This document shows positions 56,649-64,000 of a stretch of 64,000 nucleotides of DNA, one piece after another. Each line of letters begins with the position of its first letter. The first letter of the stretch is position 1. The DNA is taken from the NCBI GenBank assembly GCA_010093605.1, contig MU004203.1:202391-266390 (forward strand), read 5' to 3'. The translations under genes and the position numbers were made by a program. The DNA is from Lophium mytilinum (Eukaryota). The notes beneath the pieces are model-generated. The model did not search any database. It had not been told where the DNA came from and saw nothing but the letters and a program-made list of their open reading frames with translations.

Positions 56649-57467
56649 ATGAAGTTCGCAGTTCTCTTTCTGTCTCTCCTTTCACTCACCACTGCACGAT
56701 ATCTCGGAGCCCGGACCAACAACACCATCCTTCCGACCGGTATCGAAGTTTTCCTGCCTTTACAGACAGTATGGAACGAGCTCATCGATGGTCCTTGCAA
56801 AAAGGTAACAATCATATTCGCACGCGGTGCTACGCAGCCAGGAAATGTAGGACTGCTTGTCGGGCCTTCTTTTCTTAATGCGATGGCTGCTGTAATCGGC
56901 GCTGCAAACATTGCCGTTCAAGGGGTAGATTACGCTGCCACAGACTTAGCCGCCTTGCTCGGAGGTTCAGAGTACGGCGCGGCGACGGTGGCTAGTCTTA
57001 CCGATCTAGCTGTTTCAAAGTGTCCGGATTCGCAGATTATATTATCCGGGTACAGGTATGTCTTTAATCAGACGACGATGTAGTTCCTAATGCCATTACC
57101 TTATAGCGAAAGAGCTGAGATCATTCATCGCGCCGGTCCGGATCTATGTAACGTAACCACAAGCATCAAAGCCGTCGTAAGCTCTCGGAATTCCTCACTT
57201 TGTAGTTGCTTCCGAGGCCTCCCCAATGCCGCTCGACTAATTCAACGATAGGTCGTCTTCGGTGATCTAATGAATGGACAACCTATCGCAAATATCCACG
57301 ATTCGCTAGTCAAATATTTTTGCGCCTGTAGCAATATCCTTTGCAGACAGCCCAGCAATTTGATGCCGGATGCTCATACTTCTTACGATGGTATTACACC
57401 TGAAGCAGCTGATTTTGTCAAGGAGAAACTAGCGATCCAAACCCGAGAGTGCCAAATCATCGCCTAG
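56649..57467 (+). CDS. Cutinase-family (CE5) protein with degenerate catalytic motifs, 3 exons
   Basis: Signal peptide. Motifs CKKVTIIFARGATQPGNVG, VQGVDYAA, KCPDSQIILSGYS-ERA, VVFGDL, FC..SNILC and HTSY. Introns 57056-57106 and 57177-57251 keep frame. Confidence 0.82.
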
Positions 57468-58008
57468 CCGGGGTCTCTTATTTGTATCAAACATGTTCAA
57501 TTGGATAATCGCACAATCTAACGTTCTTTTGTGCTGGTAGAGATATTCTTCACAGCCATACGTTCCTTTATGGGATTTAACATCCTACTTTCTCTTAATC
57601 GGAGTTGGGCCTAGGTTTGATGAGGCGCTTAAAGGTGCTAAAGAGTGGCAGAATGGAAGCCATGCAGGCTTTTCATCGCCTTTCATCAAGGCCAGCCATC
57701 AGCGTAATGTCAAAACATTTCTGCTATTCGTTAAAGCTCCCATTTCCTTTCGAGTACTCCCAAATCGAAAAGACACAGCCCGTGTACTCACCGAATCCTC
57801 ATGTGTATCATTACTGCCTTCCGTAATCTTCACTACTACTTCAAAGACGCTAGTTCTGACACAAGGTCTTTCCAAACCCTTATACTCCGAGACAGCACAC
57901 TCACAGATCAGCAGCTAGGCCCACCATCACGACTCCCACCAGGTCGAAAGACTTCACTCCTCACCGACTTACCTCTCGCACATCAACAATCCCACCCTTC
58001 TTCGTCCA

Positions 58009-58942
58009 CTACGTATACTCCCACACCGCAAACCCTGCCTCCGGCGGCCCCACCAAGATATCCACCCCAAAACACCCCTCCTTCACCTCTGGACCAAGCT
58101 GCTGGAAGACCTCATACCCACTCCCCACCCCCGGTATCTCCCGCCCCGCCAAACACGCAACCCACCCCCACGGACTCCTCAGATTCACCAGCATCCCACC
58201 CTCATAGGCCTGAAACCCATCCACCTGACTCCCCGGCGGAATGTACGCTGAGTGCGCTTGCGTGAACCCCAGCGCGCCGCTGGGGTCGACGTACCAGCGC
58301 TGGCCGCCGGGGACGAGGACGTCCTGGGGTTAGGGTTAGCGAGTGCATCTCTTCATTCGCATCATATGACGTAGGGATAGGAAGGTGAAGGTTTGAGGGG
58401 ATGGGGGTGGGGGTCAGCGTACCAGGCTGTTGCTCGGGAAGATAACCGTCGTGGTGCTATTCGGACAGCTACGCACGACATCTTTCGGGCAGTACGTGCA
58501 CGTCTGGCTATAGTAGCCGGTGCTGAATTTCTGACTGCAGGCGCGAACGGGATAGCCGTCGAGGTCGGGGAGGGTGGGGTTGGAGATGGTTAGGGAGACG
58601 GGGGAGGTGATGATTGTGTTGAGGGCGAGGACGCCGTCGGTGCAGCTGGGTAGTGATGTGAGTCAGATCTACCATGGAGGTGAGGTGGGGGAAAGCGGAC
58701 GTACTGGTACATATGGGGAGAATAGCAGGCGCCGTTGCAGTAAGAGAGGGGGGAGCCGTTGGTGTAGGGGCAGAGGAAGGATGAGTACCAGCAGACGTAC
58801 TGGGGTGGTCAGTAGGATCGAGGTGGTGGAGGGAGGGACGTACTTTGGAGGGGTCGTAGTCCGTGGTGCCGCACACGCTTGCTGTTGAAGAGGTGATGAG
58901 GAGGGCTAGGATGACGGCCGGGAAGGAAAATATCGGAGCCAT
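58009..58942 (-). CDS. Secreted fungal protein (IgE-binding/cell-wall protein-like), multi-exon
   Basis: Signal peptide MAPIFSFPAVILALL. Last exon DVLVPGGQRWYVDPSGALGFTQAHSAYIP...WVAC...YEVF...C...VWEYT. Several short GT-AG introns; internal boundaries approximate. Confidence 0.72.
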
Positions 58943-59742
58943 GGTGAGCTTGGCAAGTTAAATGTCGTCGCCTGAGATGATGAGTCTTGTATCAGTCTCA
59001 TAGAATCGGAAGAGATAGCTGACAATATATAGAGGTTCTGAGACGCAGACGGAATCAATATATTATGCGCACAAGAAATACGAGATATGCTTCCCCGTTG
59101 AGACTTAAGTCACATCGTACCACGACACCATGATCCAAGAACCGATACACTAGCCATAGCGAGCATCTTGATCCCGCCGACGATCTTTGTACGAGCGGAA
59201 ATCGAGGGACAGTGTGCCTGCCAAGCAATTGTGCTAGTTTGTTCTGGTACCTGAAGTGCTGCGATTGCGGGGATTCCGTGGTACTTGTGACCGTTCCCCT
59301 CAGCTGTGCCACTCGATGGGCGAGCACCAACGGTTATAGGTACGCTTATGGTGGTCACGAAGGCTGCGTTAGATCTATCATGTATTGGTCCCTACCCCGA
59401 AGTGGCTAGTCTTCAAAGTCGAATGAGGTCGAATTGCGGAGAGGGAAAGGCAAAGCACTCAAGAAAACAATTTTTCGGTGTGTTCATGATCGTGGACATA
59501 ACGATTATGGATGAATGAAGAGTATACCAGGTTTTCAAAAACGTGATAGAAACGGAGCCAGGCACTTCGAATAGGGTGGCTTTCTAATTCTTTTCAGATC
59601 TACGTCATTCGTGCGTCCCCTCCAAAGCGAATTCGGACGAAACCCTCGTTGCACGGCCTGGGTACCGTACAGCTTTCGAACTTCCCACCCTGGTTGACAA
59701 ACCCGAGTTGACAGCAATGATCATTGGGACTGGTTCTCGGAC

Positions 59743-60534
59743 CTAGAACTTTGGCTTCGTATCCAGCTTTACACTCCCGGTGTCCGGAAACTGCTTGCTC
59801 ATGCTCCAAACCGCGGTAACCAGGAGGGACAAAGTCCCCAAAGCAGCCGGGTACGTAACCTGGTACCCCAGATCGGTGCTCAACGCCACCCACATCGGCC
59901 ACCCCGCGATACCATGAGCAATCGCAAAACTAGACGAAATCATCGGCAGAATCGCGATTCTCGCGGCGCCCTTAAGATGTGGGCTCATAACATGCACCAT
60001 CGACGCTCCCACCATTGGCGCAATGGCATTGATAGCCGGGAACCATAGCGGAAACCCGCCGATGGTGAAAGGCTGGTACCCGTAGTACGTGTACACGCCC
60101 ATGTACAAGGCGGGGTACTCGAGAATCAGATTCGAGATCCAGCTCCTCAACCACATGCCCCAGATATCGCGCTGCGTGGTACCGTTCTCTTCGAACATTG
60201 TCCAGAACCAGTAACCGATGCCGCCGACGTACCAACCGTAGGTAGTGGGCACGAAAAGCGGGATAGGGCGGTTCATCCATTCGAAGACGACCCAATTGCC
60301 TTCGCGGGGGAAGTAGCAGAAGCCGAGGACGTCGACGATCGGCTCGAAAGAGCTGGCGATGATGCCGCCGATCGAGAAAAGAAAGCAGGTAGGGTCGCCT
60401 TTGAACAGGTTGCGGAAAGCGATGAAGGCGAGATATATGAAGGGGATTTGGGTGAGGATGGTGAAGACGAGTTGTTCAGTGTGGGGCATCACCATGCCTT
60501 CTGGCGGCCGGCTGGTGGTTTCTGGGACAAACAT
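59743..60534 (-). CDS. Multi-pass membrane protein (intronless; AveC/CruF-like hypothetical)
   Basis: ~7 hydrophobic segments with polar intramembrane motifs FEPIVDVLG, RPIP, LEYPAL..GVYTYYG.QPF..GGFPLW. Confidence 0.72.
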   Translation of the reverse strand: MFVPETTSRPPEGMVMPHTEQLVFTILTQIPFIYLAFIAFRNLFKGDPTCFLFSIGGIIASSFEPIVDVLGFCYFPREGNWVVFEWMNRPIPLFVPTTYGWYVGGIGYWFWTMFEENGTTQRDIWGMWLRSWISNLILEYPALYMGVYTYYGYQPFTIGGFPLWFPAINAIAPMVGASMVHVMSPHLKGAARIAILPMISSSFAIAHGIAGWPMWVALSTDLGYQVTYPAALGTLSLLVTAVWSMSKQFPDTGSVKLDTKPKF

Positions 60535-61314
60535 GATGCTGGAAGGTGCGATATATTAGACGGAGGAGGTATGAGAATTTGAAGAAGAGAAAGTGTTCGA
60601 GATATATGACCGTGGAAATCAACCTCGGTTACGATATACCTTACGAATAGCTCGGAGTGTTTCTCGCGCTTTGTAATTATGCAGGCAGTCGGCGTAGGTG
60701 TATGCTTCCGTCCTTTTCATCCAGATCCTGCAGAGTTCTGCATGTGAGATTGTGTCGATGGGCCGACTGCAATAGGTAAAAAGCCATGCGCTATTTGCTG
60801 CGTAGATTCCTTTTTTAGACGTTGGCAGTTTGATCTCCCGGAGCTCGCATACTCACCCTTCCGGACCAATGACAGACCTGTGGGAGGTGTTGTGCATTGT
60901 AGATACCAAGAAAATCCGGGGGGGCTGCATCTTAACGCTCCCGATATAGTGGGTCCGTGTATTTTGTCTAGCTTCACGGGGCATCCGACCCCATTTTCAC
61001 TAGCTACCGAATCAGGTCACCAAACGGATACCCAAAGACCAAAGCAAGAACCTGAGAGAAGGATGTATCCCGGCCTATATACCACTCATGTATAGCTGAT
61101 ACTGATGACAGCATTGCCTCACGCTGTTTGGGGAATCTTGCAAATCCTCCAGAAGATGCACACACGCCAGACTCCGGTGAAAACCCTAGACCCGCGAAAC
61201 TCATCTATCCAATGCCACAGATTATTTTCGTGAGAACACAATTGTGGCCGACAGTTGCGCAACAAGTTTGTGGCTACCCAGCCCTTGAACCGACATGAAA
61301 ACGCGCCAAGTCTT

Positions 61315-62941
61315 TTACGACTCCATCTCCGGTAGCGCAGGCGTCGAGACTTGCCGTCCGCCTAATTCCTGTGTCGCAGGCGTCGAGACTTGCCGTCCGC
61401 CTAATCCCTGTGTCGCAGGCATCGAGACTTGTAGTCCGCCTGATTCCTGGGGCTCTTCCATGTGATTGAAAGTCTCGTGCACAACTTGTTCGGCGTCGTT
61501 GTAGACGGCTACCTCTTCTCCAGTTGACGCATGGCCCTCGATCGTTCCGTGTGAAGGGGAAGCACCATACTCTTGTAGTTGGATGCCATCTTCCACATCA
61601 TCCGAAATAACCTGCCTGGGATTTCGTTTCGAAGCGCGTTTGGGGAAGTACTGGTAAGCAACGAAAGCGGTGGCAACTGACAAAAGCGGAGCGTATGCTG
61701 TCATGATTTCGAGGATTGGGAGAGTCGAGAGTGAAAACACGGCCACTAGGAGAGTATCAACAACAATGCAAGCGAGGATATACGTTCCTCGTTTTTCTGG
61801 AACAACGAGATATGACTGAAGAGCGACGAACGTGACTATAGAGCCAGCCCAGACACCGAAAAGACTTCAACTGATATCAGTGTGGGTCGAATGTAATTGC
61901 AGTCAGACTTACGAGTAATACGCTTCTTTCACGACTCGTGGATCATCGTGAAGCGCCGTGATTGAGAATCCAGATAGGGCAGAAATCCCACCTGACATTG
62001 GTTGTGCAATCCTGGCAAAGCCTTGGAGCTTCCCGTCTGCTGACACAATTGGGCACGCTATCCAGAAGAGTGTAGAGTAGAAAAGAAGCTTCGTCTGAAG
62101 GGAAGTGGGACGGGGGTGTGACAGAGATCTGCTTTGACCAGGATATCTGCAGTGAAGCGTCAGTAAGACCTTCATGCTAGAAAGTTCCCAATCCTTACCT
62201 GGTGAAATCTGGAACTGGATTCAAACTTCCATCTTTTCGATCTGAGGGTGTCAGGCCCGCCGGCATTCTCAATGGCGCCTCCTCATCCTCCGAGAGGGGA
62301 TGTTCAGAGTGCAGAGATTCCCCTCTACACATATCCCTGATTTCGTTTGTATGCCTCTGCCCATCTCTTTGGCTGGTACCCAGCTTCCACTCGTCCGCTT
62401 CTAGGAATTCAAACACCCAGATGTCGTAATCTGCCATATCTCCGTACACACGTTTGATCAAACGTTGGTCATCAAAACTCAAGGATTGGCGCCATTTTTC
62501 GTAACACTCTGCTCTGAGTTCATGGCGTCTGACGCTTCTGAGAATCCTTGTCGAAACCTTTTCGTAAAAGCTTTGCCTCTTTGCCGACAACTTCCAGAGA
62601 TAAGTTTGGCATCTTGCGTTGACCTCTGCGTTAGGCTTTGCAACTAACTCGTCCCAGAAGGCTGCGGATACATCGCAAGTCATTGTACGACAGCCAGGGT
62701 CAGACTCCTCAAGCATATCAAAGTGTCCGTGTTGGTAGGAGTTGGTGGAGGGGGAGTCTCCGTGAGTATAGTCGGGAGGGCCGTTGAAGAGGGTCAGTTT
62801 AGACATCATCTCGGGAGACTCAAGGATTTGCATGCTCAGAGCTAGCAATTTTGAGTGATATTGTGGTGGAAAAAGTTGTCGTCGCAGGTAGCCTCGCTGC
62901 TCACCTCGAGAGAAACCGGTCGAGGTCAGCCGCCCAGCCAC
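61315..62941 (-). CDS. Hypothetical membrane protein, multi-exon (5' end uncertain)
   Basis: Introns 62147-62198 and ~61865-61912 join three ORF-track segments in frame. TM-like segments in the later exons. C-terminal 13-aa repeats. Confidence 0.55.
61336..61449. repeat. 39-bp in-frame tandem repeat x3
   Basis: CGCAGGCGTCGAGACTTGCCGTCCGCCTAATTCCTGTGT units at 61336, 61375 and 61414, encoding QELGGRQVSTPAT-like repeats on the minus strand. Confidence 0.9.
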
Positions 62942-64000
62942 CAGCCGCGCTGCGTTGGCAGTGCAGGCGATGCAAACTCATCACTTCGACTACAGCCTCA
63001 GCCTTCTCACCCTCAAACTCGACACCACGGTCCCATCTCGTTGATCTGAGCCTCAAGGGACATTTGAGCATCTATTATTTAGTCTTCTGGAGACGGTCCG
63101 CTTCGCAGTTCTTTGCCGACGAAGTCATCGTAGCTCCATCTATTTCACAGTACCCAAAAGGCGTTTCCGAGGGCATTACAACATGACGACTACACCTGAT
63201 CTCAGTTCAAGCTACCAGGTGGAATCGCAGGATGCTAGGTCCTTCTGTAAGACTGGACTAGTCTTCAACATCGTATGGCCAGAACCCGCGGGAAGAAAGC
63301 AGGATTCGACCGATAGCCAAATGTTGGCGAGGAGGTACAGTCTTCCTTTCACGAAACGAGCGATGATATGGAAAGTGTAGAGTTGGGTCGAATGCTAACA
63401 AGACGGGAGGACTAGATCGTCAGCTAGCGCCAACCCACGGCTCGGTCCAGTCCGCGGCGTACGAGCCTTCAACATCGTTAAATCAACACCCTCAGGATAT
63501 ATCACTTACCCGATACAAACATATCAAGCAGAAAGGCGCTCAAACTCAACCCGCCACGACCATGACGTGGTACACCACCATGGGCGACTGGAAAAATCGA
63601 CAAGGAACTGCCTTAGAGATGCCGCTAGGAGGCTAACTACCGCGCAGGCGTACGACTCCAGACTCATCGATAGCAGCAAGCACACACCCTTGAGGGAAGC
63701 CGATGGAGACACTTACCAGGCGGATAATGGCTACGGGGGTTTGTCGAATCACTGGGGTTTCGGGGGGCAATCTGCAGATGTCTACACACCAGGAGCAGAG
63801 GGTTTTCGAACAGCGATGTCAAAGGAAGTGATCCCAATCGTAGTAGCTTCTCTTGCTTGCATACTCAAAAGAAGCTACCGGAATGCCGAGCCGACTCGGA
63901 CGACTCCGAAGTCTGATCGAAATCTGGGCCATTGGCAGAGGGTTGGAAACAGCGATCATGCCGGATTTCGACCACGAGGCAGTTCAGCCCACGACACAGG

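Noticed and set aside
58328..58339. Telomere-like GGTTAGGGTTAG
   Set aside because: It is the minus-strand branch point/acceptor region (GCTAACCCTAACCCCAG) of an intron in the secreted-protein gene; only two units.
1..64000. Starship giant element
   Set aside because: Cargo-like genes are present, but no DUF3435 tyrosine-recombinase captain or boundary motif could be identified in this window.
63180..64000. Possible further minus-strand exons (GTAAGT donors near 63509 and 63715)
   Set aside because: Could not assemble a consistent reading frame within the window.

Overview
Filamentous ascomycete (Pezizomycotina, probably Dothideomycete-like) genomic DNA. It has short GT-AG introns with CTAAC/CTGAT branch sites and clear RIP (C-to-T) damage. 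The window opens in a heavily RIP-mutated AT-rich repeat relic (1 to ~2870), followed by a mosaic of ordinary and accessory genes. Ordinary genes: alpha/beta hydrolase, glycine-rich DUF1399-type protein, GYP5-like Rab-GAP, laccase, cutinase-like and secreted proteins. Accessory or defence-type genes: HET, SLATT, F-box-ankyrin, a Tox-ART-HYD1-like protein and a truncated HeLo-like NLR N-terminus. There are also two pairs of divergent orphan paralogs, one pair with three Myb/SANT-like repeats. Highlights read directly from the sequence: (1) a U6 snRNA gene split by a 49-nt spliceosomal intron, with a -30 TATA and a downstream B box; (2) a 972-bp TRIM retroelement with identical 150-bp LTRs, inside the intron that splits the catalytic Asp codon of an SRPK-like kinase; (3) a 600-bp Mutator-type MITE (9-bp TSD) that separates the start codon from an F-box-ankyrin ORF; (4) two related TIR elements ending ATTTGTCG...CGACAAAT with no conventional TSD, one carrying a nested pogo/Fot1 transposon; (5) a cutinase with an intact reading frame but substituted catalytic motifs. 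No database searches were run; family calls rest on motif recognition.
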